Source of the DNA: Neocallimastix sp. 'constans'
Taxonomy: Eukaryota
Length of the DNA: 64,000 nucleotides
Assembly: GCA_050613775.1 (NCBI GenBank)
Contig: JBODTK010000101.1
Span: 496,001-560,000 of the forward strand
Reading direction: 5' to 3'
In this document: positions 30,556 to 47,183 of the stretch, one piece after another
Numbering within the stretch: the first letter of the stretch is position 1
How the letters are laid out: the number at the start of each line of letters is the position of its first letter
Notes under the pieces: model-generated
Told to the model about the DNA's origin: nothing
Seen by the model: only the letters and a program-made list of their open reading frames with translations
The model's database searches: none
Program-made: the position numbers and the translations under genes

Positions 30556-32695
30556 CTCATATTTTAATCGTATAAATAATTATTCTAATATTATATATTT
30601 ATTATCATATATTTAAATATTAAGATTTTTTTTAAAAAAAAATATAAAGTACAATAAAATAAAAAAATAAAATAAAAAAAAAAATTAAATAAAAATAAAT
30701 TAAATAAAAATAAAAATAAATATTAAAAATAAAAATAAAAATTAAAATAAAAATAAAAATTAAAATAAAAATAGTAAAAATAATAATCTGTTATTATAAA
30801 AAAATATAGATTTGATTTATTATTTAAATATTAACTTTTCTTTTATTTTTACCAAAATTTATTTTTTATGGTATATTCATATTTTTTTAAAAAGATTTTT
30901 ATTTTTTTTTTATACTATTTTGGTTAACTAAACTTTTCCATCAATAAAAACAAATAAAAAATAATAATAATAAATAAATTGATGAATAAATGTATTTTAT
31001 TAAAAAAAAAAAAAAAAGTATTTATTTGAAAATAATAAATTCAATAGATTAGTTTTATTTTATTTTATTGTTATTTATTAATATGTTCATTTAACATCAA
31101 CAAAGAATTAATTTAAAATAAAAGGTTTAAAATATAAACAAAATAAATAAAATAAAATAAAATAAAATATATAAAAAAAAAAAAAAAAAAAAAAAAAAAG
31201 TTCTAATGAATAATTTATTTTTTCATAGACTTTGAAAAAGAAAATTTATCAATTGTCAACATTAAACATTTGGTATATTTATAAATATTTAAAATAAAAA
31301 AAATAAAAAAAAAAAAAAATTTTTTTATTATATATATGCATTTTATTGTAGATTTATTTAAAACTTTATTTTTTTTGTTTTGTTTTTTATGTAAATAATT
31401 TATTTATTTATTTGTTTGTTTATTTAAATATTACCATAATTTACTACTTAAATAATAATTTTATTATTTGTGTATTTATTTATTTATTTATTTTTAATTT
31501 ATTTAAATAATACATAATAATCTTATTAATATAAAAATATATTAATAAAAAACAACAATATATAAAAATTTTTATATTATCCATTTATTTTTTATGTTTA
31601 TTATTATTATTTTTTTATATATAAATATTTATTAATATTAATCTATTAATATAATTTTAAAATAAAATTCATTTTACTAAATAAATACTAATTGGATTTT
31701 CATTTAAAATTCACATGATAAAAGGCATAAATCTATTATGAGTAGTAATTTATTCATTTTAATAATAGATTTTACTTAAAAATATGTATTTTTCATTCAA
31801 ATTGTTTGAAATACAGATTCTTATTTTTCGATTTTTTTTTTTTTTTTTAGATATAGCTATTTTATTTTAATATTAATAATATTTCATGGTTTAATTTATT
31901 ATTTAAAATAAAAGAATAAAAATTTATAAAGATACTTTAATATAATAAAAAAAAAAAAAGATAGAAATATTTGCATAATATATTAACCTACTGTATAAAT
32001 AAAAAAAAATACATTTAATTTATAAAGAACATTTTCTAAACTAAAAAAAGTAATTTTTATGCAATTAGCAATGAATATGATAATAAGGATAATAAAAGTT
32101 TATTTGAAAATTAACCTTATTATTTTTTTTTAAAATTTTATAGTATTTTTTTTTTTTAAAAAAAGTTAACTATTGTTTATTAGTAATATAGAATTATAAA
32201 TTTCAAATTAATCAAAGTTTATTATTTTTTTTAATGCTATTGTAAATAATTAGTTGAAATGTAATAATTCTTTTTTTCCTTATTTTATTATATATTTATT
32301 TATTCTTTTAATTTTTATGTATTAATCTTTATTGTTTGTAATAATTAATTATTATTATTATTAATAATATTAATATTATTATTACTATTATTATTATTAT
32401 TATTATTATAATAAATAATTTTATAAGTTATTTTTTTTGCAAAGCAGTTTTACTTGTACTTGGCCTTTTTTTTTTTTTATTAAATGAAATATATTAAATC
32501 ATTAATATAAATTCTATATATTATAAAGCTATAAAGTTTTATAAAATTATTTTATTTATTTTAAGCTTTACATATATTAAATATATATTATTGTATATAA
32601 TATATATAAATAAAGATAACCTTAACATTTAAAGTTATATATTATTATATATTATATATATATCAATATAACAAATATATACATAAATAAATATA

Positions 32696-32753
32696 AAAAG
32701 GAGATAAGAACTATATATAATATATATATTATATATAGTTCTTATCTCCTTTT
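32696..32753. repeat. Perfect 58-bp palindrome
   Basis: aaaaggagataagaactatatataatata|tatattatatatagttcttatctcctttt equals its own reverse complement. Confidence 0.95.
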
Positions 32754-33050
32754 ATATCCTGAATGTAATGAATAAATGTAATATCTATAAAAAAAAAAAT
32801 AGTTCAATGTAATATATTAAATGTATATAGTAATAAATTAATATACTTTTCTTTATATTCTACTGTTACAGTATGCCAATAACTTATCACCTTACAGTTA
32901 ATTAATAACTGTATGGCCATATTAGGAGATGGGTACCCATTATGTGCAAGTCTATGTTTTTTATTTTTTTTTTTCTTTATTTCTAAAACATAATAAATTT
33001 AATATTTATATTTAACTTTTTTACCTAATAAATAATAAATGTATCTAGCT

Positions 33051-33143
33051 AATTTACCCAATGAATATACCTAATGAATATATCTAATGAATTTACCCAA
33101 TGAATACACTTAATAATTTACCCAATGAATATATCCAATGAAT
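33051..33143. repeat. Degenerate 12-bp tandem repeat (AATWTAYCYAATG-like)
   Basis: About 7 units of aatttacccaatg / aatatacctaatg / aatatatctaatg. Confidence 0.75.
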
Positions 33144-33350
33144 AAATTAAATATAACTAATAATATTTCAAAATAAAATAATAAATAGATTATTCTTTTT
33201 TTTTTTTTTCCTTTTTAATTCTTATATTAATTTTTTTTTTATACTTTACATTAATATTATAATTTCTAATTAATAGAAATAAATGGAAACATTATAAACT
33301 ATTTAAAATTTAAATTACTGTATTATTTTTATTACTATTATTGATTTTCA

Positions 33351-33466
<116 letters not shown>

Positions 33467-34900
33467 ATTTTATTATTTTATTATTATAATATTTATTTTT
33501 AGTGATTTTATTATAATATTAATTATTAATGATTTTATTTATTATAATATATATTATTAATATTTTTATTATTATTATTATTATTATAATATTTATTATT
33601 AACGTTTTTATTATTATTATTATTATTATAACATTTATTATTGTTTTTATTATAATTATAATCTTTATTATTGATGTTTATATTATAATTATTATTATTA
33701 TTAAAAAAGGAGAAATATTTAAACGACCTACAGAAATGTTAGGGATTATTTTAATAATTATATATTATCATTATATATTATTTATTTTTCACATGTACAA
33801 ACATTTTATATATAATATATAATTATTTATTATTTATTATTTATTATTTATTATATATCTATTTATTATTTATTATTTATTACATATTTATTTATTTATT
33901 ATTAATCTATTTATTATTTATTATTAATCTATTTATTATTTATTATTTATCATTTATTTATTATTTATTTATTATTTATTATTTATTATTTATTATTTAT
34001 TATCTATCATTTATCATTTATCATTTACTAATAAATTATTTTTAATCTATTATTTATTATAGTCTTTTTTTTTTTATATTAAATTGATTAATATTAAATA
34101 TCATACATATATTGCTATATATTTTATTATTTAAATTATTTTTATTTTTGTTTTATTAACATTTTCATTATTAATATAAAATTTTTATTGGAATTTATGC
34201 AATTAATATTAAAACTAAAAAAGAAATACATAATTAAATGTTCAAATACAAATAGAGACTATAATATAAAATTAAATGGCAAATTATTTGTAATATAATT
34301 TATTTATAAAGTTTTATTTAATTTTTTTTTTTTTTTTAATTTAAATAATTTAATTTAAAATTGTTATTTATAATATTTAATAATTTCTCTTATTATTTTT
34401 ATTTTTATTTTAATTTTTATTTTTATTTTAATTTTTATTTTTATTTTATTTTATTTTTTTTTTTTAAAATTTTGTTAGTATTATTATTATTGATATTAAA
34501 TATTAGAAATTATTATTATTATTATTTTGTTTATTTATTAATGATCGATAATATATTTCCAATGTAAAAAAGTATAAAATAATTTTTTTTTTTTAATAAT
34601 CTGTTATAATTTATTATAATTATCAATTTGAACATAAAAAATTAGAATTATATAAAAAAAAATATGTAAATAAATAAAATTAAAATAAAAATATAAAAAT
34701 TATGTAAATTTATTTTTTATTTTCATTACTGAAAGATTGTTTAACATTTAAAAAAAAAAATAAATTTAATAAATAAATAAATAAATAAATAAAACAAAAA
34801 ATGAATGAAAAAGAAAGGAAAATAAATAAATAAATAAATAAAAATAAAATATTTAAAAAAAATATATATATAAATATATATATATATAAACAAATATTTA

Positions 34901-39025
<4,125 letters not shown>

Positions 39026-40444
39026 TTTATTTTAAAAACTATATTTATTTACAAGATATTATATAATATAATTTATATAATATTGTTTATTTTGATATAT
39101 TTATTATACTATGATTTTATTATTTTTCTTTATTTTTGTAATAAAATTGTTAAATGAATTATTTTACATTTAATTATTTAATATTAATTTTAATATTCAA
39201 AAAAAAAAAAAAATTAATATATATTTATAAAAAAATAAAAAATTATTATATCAACTAAATTTAATATATTATTTAATAAAACTTTTTTTGTAATTTATAT
39301 ATTAAATTATACTTAACATTACCCATCTTTATGACATATAAATAATTTTTTAGGTTTAGGTATTACAAAAAGATTATATTGAGAAATAATTTTTTAATAT
39401 ATTATTTATTTATATACTTATTTATTTATTTATTTATTTTGTTTATTTATTTGCTTATTTATACATTTTATTTATTAAATTTTTTATATAATATATATTT
39501 TAAAGATCTAAATTACTATTATTTATTATAAAATTGAATAATATTTCGTAATTATAGATTAAAATAATTTGACTTTTATTTAAATTTTATTTAATGTAAA
39601 TTATTTAAAAAAAAAAAAAAAATGATAAAAAAATTATCTTTATATTTTCTTAAAAATTTTTATAATCAATAATTATTATAAACATAAATATTAATATTAT
39701 AAATTTATGTATTTAATATATATATATGTTAATAAATGTTTATATAATTTGAAATCTATATAACCTTCTTAACTTAAATTTATTTCTATTAATAATTATT
39801 TTCTCTAAATATAAAGTAAAACGTAAAGTAAAATATTTTTATATTCCGATATATTCTGAAAAAAAATTATAATTTATTTTTCTTTTCTTTATTACTATTT
39901 AAAATTTATAATTATAACTTGTTTTAAATATGTTGTTAATGATAATGATAATGTTAACTTTAAAAGAAAAAGTTGAGAAATAAATATTATCATTATCATT
40001 ATTAACTTTTTCTTTTCCATTATTATAATAATACCAATTAAAAAAAAAAAGAAAAACCTTTTTCTATGTAAATAAAGTACTTCATTTTTTTTTTTTATTT
40101 TATATTATATTATTTTATTTTATTTTATTTTTTTGTTTTGTTATATCTTTTTTTGCCTTAAAATATTACGGAGTATATATATTATATATATATATTTTTT
40201 AAACTTGTACGTATACAACATACTACTACATTAATTTCAAAAAAAGGTTATATTATCATATTTTTATCAAATCAATTTGAAAAAAGTATAGTATGGGGTA
40301 ATGTTATTGATAAATGATATTAAATAGTAGTTATATCAATATTTATTTATTTATTTTTTTTTATTACCTTTTAACTTTTTTTTTTTTTAAAAAATTAAAC
40401 ATTAGTTTATTTTTTATTGAAAAATAAATAGATATATTATAAAA

Positions 40445-41287
40445 ATGGAATTTAAAACTTTAGCTAATGGTATTAAAATGCCAATGGTTGGTCTTGGCGT
40501 ATTCAAAATGCCAGTTGATAAAACAAAAGAATGTGTTCTTGCTGCTCTTAAAACTGGCTATCGATTAATTGATACGGCTCAAACCTATAAGAATGAAAAA
40601 GAAGTTGGTAAAGCTATTCGTGAAAGTGGAATTCCTCGTAAAGATATATTTGTTACCACTAAAATTTGGCTTCCTGATTATTCTTTTGAAGGTGCCCAAA
40701 AGGCTACCAAACGTTCTCTTGATGCTTTAGGTCTTGATTATATTGACCTCATGCTTATTCATCAACCTATGGGTGACTATATTGGAGCTTGGCGTGGTCT
40801 TGAAAAATTATATAAGGAAGGAGCTTGTAAAGCTATTGGTATGTCTAACTGTTTCCCAAATATTATTGCTGATATTTGTGAAACCGTTAATATTAAACCA
40901 ATGGTTAACCAAGTTGAAATGCATCCCTTTTTTCAACAAGAACTTAATATTGAAACAATGAAAAGTTATGGTATTGTTCCAGAAGCTTGGGCACCATTAA
41001 ATGAAGGTAAGAGGAATTTATTTAGACAACCCATTTTAACTGAAATTGGTAAAAAATATGGAAAAACGGCTGCTCAGGTTGCCCTTAGATGGAACATTCA
41101 ACGTGGAGTCATTGTCATTCCAAAAAGTGATCAAGAGTATCAATTAAAAGAAAATATTGATATATTTGATTTTAAACTTTCTGATGAAGATATGAAAAAG
41201 ATTGCTACCATGGACATTGGTCATAGTGAAATTGTAGACCTTTTAAATCCAAAATTTATAAAGTATGTTCATAATTTTAAATACTAA
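40445..41287 (+). CDS. Aldo-keto reductase (2,5-diketo-D-gluconate reductase/AKR5-like), intronless, 280 aa
   Basis: Motifs MPMVGLGVF, GYRLIDTAQTY, FVTTK, LDYIDLMLIHQP (Asp-Tyr-Lys-His tetrad), VNQVEMHP, AQVALRW and VIPKS. Confidence 0.97.
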   Translation: MEFKTLANGIKMPMVGLGVFKMPVDKTKECVLAALKTGYRLIDTAQTYKNEKEVGKAIRESGIPRKDIFVTTKIWLPDYSFEGAQKATKRSLDALGLDYIDLMLIHQPMGDYIGAWRGLEKLYKEGACKAIGMSNCFPNIIADICETVNIKPMVNQVEMHPFFQQELNIETMKSYGIVPEAWAPLNEGKRNLFRQPILTEIGKKYGKTAAQVALRWNIQRGVIVIPKSDQEYQLKENIDIFDFKLSDEDMKKIATMDIGHSEIVDLLNPKFIKYVHNFKY

Positions 41288-41839
41288 ATTTTCTACTCTC
41301 ATATATATATATCAGAGAAAATAAAATAAATTGTTTCGATGAATGTTTATATTATTTGTTTTAAAATAATATTTATGAATATATTTATAAATAAATTTAT
41401 AACAAATGAAATTAAGCTCTTATTATTCAATTAATAATATAATTATTTGGGAATATATATAACAAATTTATGTATTAATTCCAAAAAAATACAATAGCAA
41501 AAATAAAAAATAAAAATTGTAAATTTAAATGAAAAAAAAAAATAATGTCATACATCATTCATATATATAAGAAAGAATGCAAATATAAATAAAGTATTAA
41601 AAAATAAAAGATATGTTTTTCCTCTTTTGAATTTTTATACATTAAAAATAATTGAAATATTTCATGAAAAAAATTAAAGATTAAAAAGTTATATATTTTT
41701 AAAAAAATTATAAAGTATATAAAATTGGAAATTATATTGATTATCTTCTTTCGTAGTTTTTCAGGATATATTGATCATTTTAAAAAGATTTAATTTTTTT
41801 ACTTATCTTGTTGATGATATTAAATCTTTAATTATTATA

Positions 41840-41895
<56 letters not shown>

Positions 41896-42163
41896 ATTGG
41901 ATATATAATTCTAATTAATTTAAACAATATATAATTCTAATTAATTTAAACAAAAAATTTAATTGAATCTTTCACTCTATATTCTCTTCTTTATTGCTGT
42001 TTATATAAATATATATATTTATATATTTTAATTGATAAATAATTTATTAATATATATATATATACATTAAATGTTAAAATATGATTATATATACTGGTTA
42101 TGGGTTTTGGAGGATATAATACTTCTAACTGAAATTTCATTTTTATTAATTTTTAATCTTTAG

Positions 42164-42198
<35 letters not shown>

Positions 42199-42402
42199 AA
42201 GAAATTAAGAGAAACAAAGGATATTGATTTATATATCATTTTTTTTTCTTTTTTTTTTTTTATTTCTTTATTTATTTATATCAAATATTTAATTATCGAT
42301 TTCTTCTATTTTCATTTATAATTTATTTTTATTGTTTTTAATTCTGTTAATAAAAGTTTTTTTTATTGTATACAAATTTTATATCCAAATTTTCTGAAAT
42401 TG

Positions 42403-42451
<49 letters not shown>

Positions 42452-43285
42452 TAATAATAAAAAAAAAATAAATAATACTGACATTGTACATTTCAAAAAT
42501 AATTGATCCACCTTGTAAAAACGTTAAACCTTTAAATATCACTGAAGGTTCATACATTCAACACTCAGCTTCTGTTTTAAACATAAATATTTATTATCCA
42601 TATTTTTCAACTTCTAATTATATATTATTGAATATATAATACAATTATTTTATTATAAATTCATTTCATATATATATATATCAAAATTACGTATTTGCCA
42701 ACATGCAAAATAATTATAATTATTATTATTAAAATGGTTTATTCTTTATCATAATAATAAATATATGCGAATGAATTATCCATAATTCATAAATCGAACA
42801 TAAATTTATTATTGTGGCTGATATTAAATTAAATGTTAAATATAAAATCACACTACAACATAAAACTATGAAAAACATTTATTTTATTATTTATTGATAT
42901 AAAACAAATATGTGTAGTAACATATTTGTATATTTAATAATAATTATTAAATATTAAATTTATATCTTTTTGATAATAATTATTTTATTTTATTTTATTT
43001 CAATATGTATTATTATAATTATAATAATTATAATACTTTAATTCATATAAAATTTATATAATTCTATATATTAGAATATATAATTAATATATTACCTATT
43101 TCTTATGAATAGATTAAATTATTAATATTTGAAATAGAGAACTCTCTTGTAAATTTTTAGGAATTAGAATTATTATTTTAATTGTACGAATATTATAATA
43201 TTATTAATAAAATTTACTAAACTACCATTATTTAAAACCCACTGCTTATAAATTATTGCACATAAAAGTCCCGTATATCAAAAAT

Positions 43286-43304
43286 TGGTGGAGATATCGG
43301 GGAT
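43286..43304 (+). other. Primer-binding site, tRNA-Ala type
   Basis: Starts 5 nt after the LTR-terminal CA. Close to the complement of eukaryotic tRNA-Ala 3' ends (TGGTGGAGATGCCGGGGATC, from memory). Confidence 0.75.
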
Positions 43305-43913
43305 GTGCTGTGTAAAAAGTAATTTATAAGTAGTGGTGTTTAGTAATTATGTTAATTAATTATAAATCCGTATATATTTACATAAATTCTCTTCAGTTAG
43401 GATTAATTAAAATATACTATTTAGGATATAAATTTTTAATTTTTTTTATTGGTTATTTATAGTTATATTATCTTTGGTGAAGAGAAAGTTATACAATATA
43501 TGTTATTTCATTCATTTTAGTACAATTTAATTAAATTGTTTTAAAATAAATAAATATTGGAAAATCTAATAAATATATATATATATTAATAATTTATTAA
43601 TATAGTGTTAGTGTTAAAAGTAAGATAGTTTAAGTAGGATAATAATATTAATTAGAGATAGTGAAATAGTAAAAATATCGTTATTTTAATTAGCATTTAA
43701 GTGAATAATTTAAATAAAATCTATAATAGGAATATTATTTTAATTAAAATAAGAGTAGGAAGATATAAATAGTATAGTTTAAAAGTGTTAACATTTTGGA
43801 ATAAAATTACAATAGATATAAGTATAATAAGATAAAAATATTATTTATTTTAATAGTAGTATATTTAATAATATTAAATAGTAGTACATTTTAAAAATAG
43901 ATATAGAAATAAA

Positions 43914-45158
43914 ATGGATATTAATCAAGATAACCTAACAGAAAAATTACAATTGTTAAAATTGCTAATTCAAAAAGGTAGTTTTGGAACTGGAGTTAGT
44001 GATGACGTGGATGAATTAGATGAGTTTGTAGATGGTGAATCAATGGGAATATTAGCTCTTGTTGATAATAAGGAAGCTAGGTGTATTTTAAAAGGATACG
44101 GTGAAAATAATTTGGTAAATCGTAGTTTTCTGGAAAAATATATTCTTAATCATTGTATTGATGACTCAAGTATTACTGGAATAACTAAACTTACAATTTT
44201 AAATTTAACTATTGGTGGTGTTCAAAAAAATGTAATATTCAGATTAGTTGAGAAAGAAAATCCATTTTATGATATTAGTTTGAATTTTAAAACACAAAGA
44301 GAATTAGGAATTATTATTGACCCAAGCGACAATTTAATTCTTTTGAAACAAGGAACTTCTGAATTTAGAGTAGTAGCTGAACTTGAAAAATTATCTGTTT
44401 TAAATAAAAGAATCAATAAAAATGAAGAAAATAATAATAATAATAATAATAACATTTATAATAATAATAACATTTTTAATAATAATAACAATAATAGTAA
44501 TAAAATTAATAATACTAAAAATGACGAGGTTGATGACATAATAAACACGAAACTAAATAAATTAAACGCGTTAAAATTGGATAATTTCAGAGAAAATAAT
44601 AAATTAGTAAATAATAGTAATAGCAAATGTAAAACAAACAATAATATTATAATTACTAAAGAAAAAAATAAAAATAAGATTAAAGGTAGTGCCAATATTA
44701 AGAAAAATCAAAATAATAGTATTGAGATTAATAGTATTGTAATAATAAATAATAAGGAAAATATTAATTCAAATAGTAAAAATAAAAATATTATTAATAA
44801 TTCTGAAAATATAAGAAACAAAATAAATAGTCATATAATTGTAAAAGAAGAAATAAATATCAATGAATCTGTTAAAGTTGATAGCATTTTCAATAGAATT
44901 AATAAATCTATAACTCCTGGTTTGTTTAAGGAAATAAATATTATTAATAGTAACAATTCAAAAGTAGATAATATTCAAATTACTTCAAATGCTAATAAAA
45001 ATGAACAATTTATAAAAAAAAATTATTCAATTAATAATATTACTAATATAAAAGAAAGAAAAATTAATAATAATAATTCACCGGTTGATTTTAGTAATAT
45101 TATAAATATAGATAGTGATAAGAAAATAAAAATTAATAAAATTAAAAAAAATAATTAA
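43914..45158 (+). CDS. LTR-element ORF: retropepsin-like (aspartic protease fold, catalytic motif lost) N-terminal domain plus Asn/Ile/Lys-rich tail
   Basis: ILALVDNKEARCILKGYGENNLVNRSFLEK...IFRLVEKENPFYDISLNFKTQRELGIIIDP follows the retropepsin pattern. KGY stands where D(S/T)G is expected and ISLN where ILG is expected. Confidence 0.6.
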   Translation: MDINQDNLTEKLQLLKLLIQKGSFGTGVSDDVDELDEFVDGESMGILALVDNKEARCILKGYGENNLVNRSFLEKYILNHCIDDSSITGITKLTILNLTIGGVQKNVIFRLVEKENPFYDISLNFKTQRELGIIIDPSDNLILLKQGTSEFRVVAELEKLSVLNKRINKNEENNNNNNNNIYNNNNIFNNNNNNSNKINNTKNDEVDDIINTKLNKLNALKLDNFRENNKLVNNSNSKCKTNNNIIITKEKNKNKIKGSANIKKNQNNSIEINSIVIINNKENINSNSKNKNIINNSENIRNKINSHIIVKEEININESVKVDSIFNRINKSITPGLFKEINIINSNNSKVDNIQITSNANKNEQFIKKNYSINNITNIKERKINNNNSPVDFSNIINIDSDKKIKINKIKKNN

Positions 45159-47183
45159 AATTCCATATATTTATATTCAAAATAATGATAAAAATAAAAT
45201 AAATATTTATAAAATTATGATGCCCAAACCTGAAATCGCGTTGAAGGAGATTATTAATTATAGCAACAATCGCGTAGATACCAAACGGACAAATAGGAAT
45301 TATAAATATAAAAGAAAATAAAATTTTAAAATTATTATTTATATTAATTAAACCTTATATTTTCTTTTATAAAAAAAATATATAGTTTAATTTTTAGCAA
45401 GGGCATTTTTGATATAAAACAAATATGTGTAGTAACATATTTGTATATTTAATAATAATTATTAAATATTAAATTTATATCTTTTTGATAATAATTATTT
45501 TATTTTATTTCAATATGTATTATTATAATTATAATAATTATAATACTTTAATTCATATAGAATTTATATAGTTCTATATATTAGAATATATAATTAATAT
45601 ATAGCCTATTTCTTATGAATAGATTAAATTATTTATGTTTGAAATAGAGAACTCTCTTGTAAATTTTTAGGAATTAGAATTATTATTTTAATTGTACGAA
45701 TATTATAATATTATTAATAAAATTTACTAAACTACCATTATTTAAAACCCACTGCTTATAAATTATTGCACATAAAAGTCCCGTATATCATTATATTATA
45801 TTTTTTTAGAATGTGTATCATTTCGCAATATGGCTTATTTTTTAAATTAATTGCCACATTATATAGTTTTTTTTAACCAATGTATAAATAATTAAATGAA
45901 TAATTAAATAAATAATTAAATAAATAATTAAATAAATAATAAAAATCATTTTTGAAAGAAGTATATAGTTTTTAAATATTTTATTATAAAATATTTTTAA
46001 ATAAATAAATAATAAATAATAATAAATAATAAATAAATAATAAATAATAAATAATAAATAATAAATAAATATTTTATTTTTCTAATTAAAAAAAATGAAT
46101 AATTAACACTAATTTTTTATTCAGAATAAAAATAAATTTTTCAAATATTAAGCAGTAAAAAAATATTTTCATATATACTTCATATTACTGTTGTATTAAA
46201 AAATTATATATTATTTATTCTTAATAATAAATAATTATATATATGGAATATCAGTATTATATAGTTTTTTATTATTAATATCAATATCAATATTATATAG
46301 TTATTTTTATTATTATTATCAATATTAATATTATATAGTTTTTTCATTTTATTAAAATTATAATAATAAAATAAAACTAAAAATTGATAGAAATTATGAT
46401 GAAATATAAAAGAATAGTAATAAAACACTTTTAACATATTTATTTTTTTTTTAATTAATATTTTTTATTTATTTATTTATTTTATTTATATATATGTTTA
46501 TTTTTTAAAAATATTTTAAGCCACATTTTGAGAAATACATAATTGCTAAATGCACACCTTTCATTTTTTTATTTTTATAATTTAATAATTATAAAAACTT
46601 CTTATAATATAAATATTATAAGAAGTTTTTAAGAACTAAAAGTATTGTAAAATAACTACTTTAGCATTAAAAATGAAAATATTTCCATAAATACTTTTTT
46701 TAATTAAAATCCAGAAAAATAATCCTTGATTATTGTTAAGGTTATCTTATAAAAAATTTGAGTTTAAAAGTTTAAATAAGTATAAAAAAAAAAAAAAAGG
46801 TTATATTTTTTATTGTATAATTTATATTAAAGATTTATAATAAGATTTATTTGTGTTAAAATTTAATTTATTAATATATAAAAATAAAGAAAACAAACAC
46901 TCGAACGTACAAAACTCAATTAAACAATTGGGTTTATGAAATAATAATTTTATTAATAAATATTAAAATTATATATCTACATTAAACAATGTAAATTTTT
47001 ATAAAACTTCAAAAATCAATAAATCAAGAAAAGAAAATTTTTTTTTTTTTTTTCGGTTTAAAATAAAATATTAATAATTACTAAATAAATACATTTTACA
47101 TTGATATTTGTACTACATATTATTTATTTATTTTTTAATATTAAATGTATTTATTATTTCACTTTCCTCCTAATTATTAATTT

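Larger units (their letters stand above)
42895..45790 (+). mobile_element. Non-autonomous LTR retroelement, 2896 bp
   Basis: Direct repeats 42895-43280 and 45410-45790 are both TG...CA and differ by about 6 substitutions and one 5-bp indel. Flanking 4-bp duplication TTAT. PBS TGGTGGAGATATCGGGGAT at 43286-43304. No RT, RNase H or integrase motifs inside. Confidence 0.92.

Noticed and set aside
42090..42620. Minus-strand exon-like fragments (MYEPSVIFKGLTFLQGGSIIFEMYN followed by GTCAGT)
   Set aside because: Possibly a decayed gene next to the LTR insertion, but adjacent stops and no recognisable family prevent a call.
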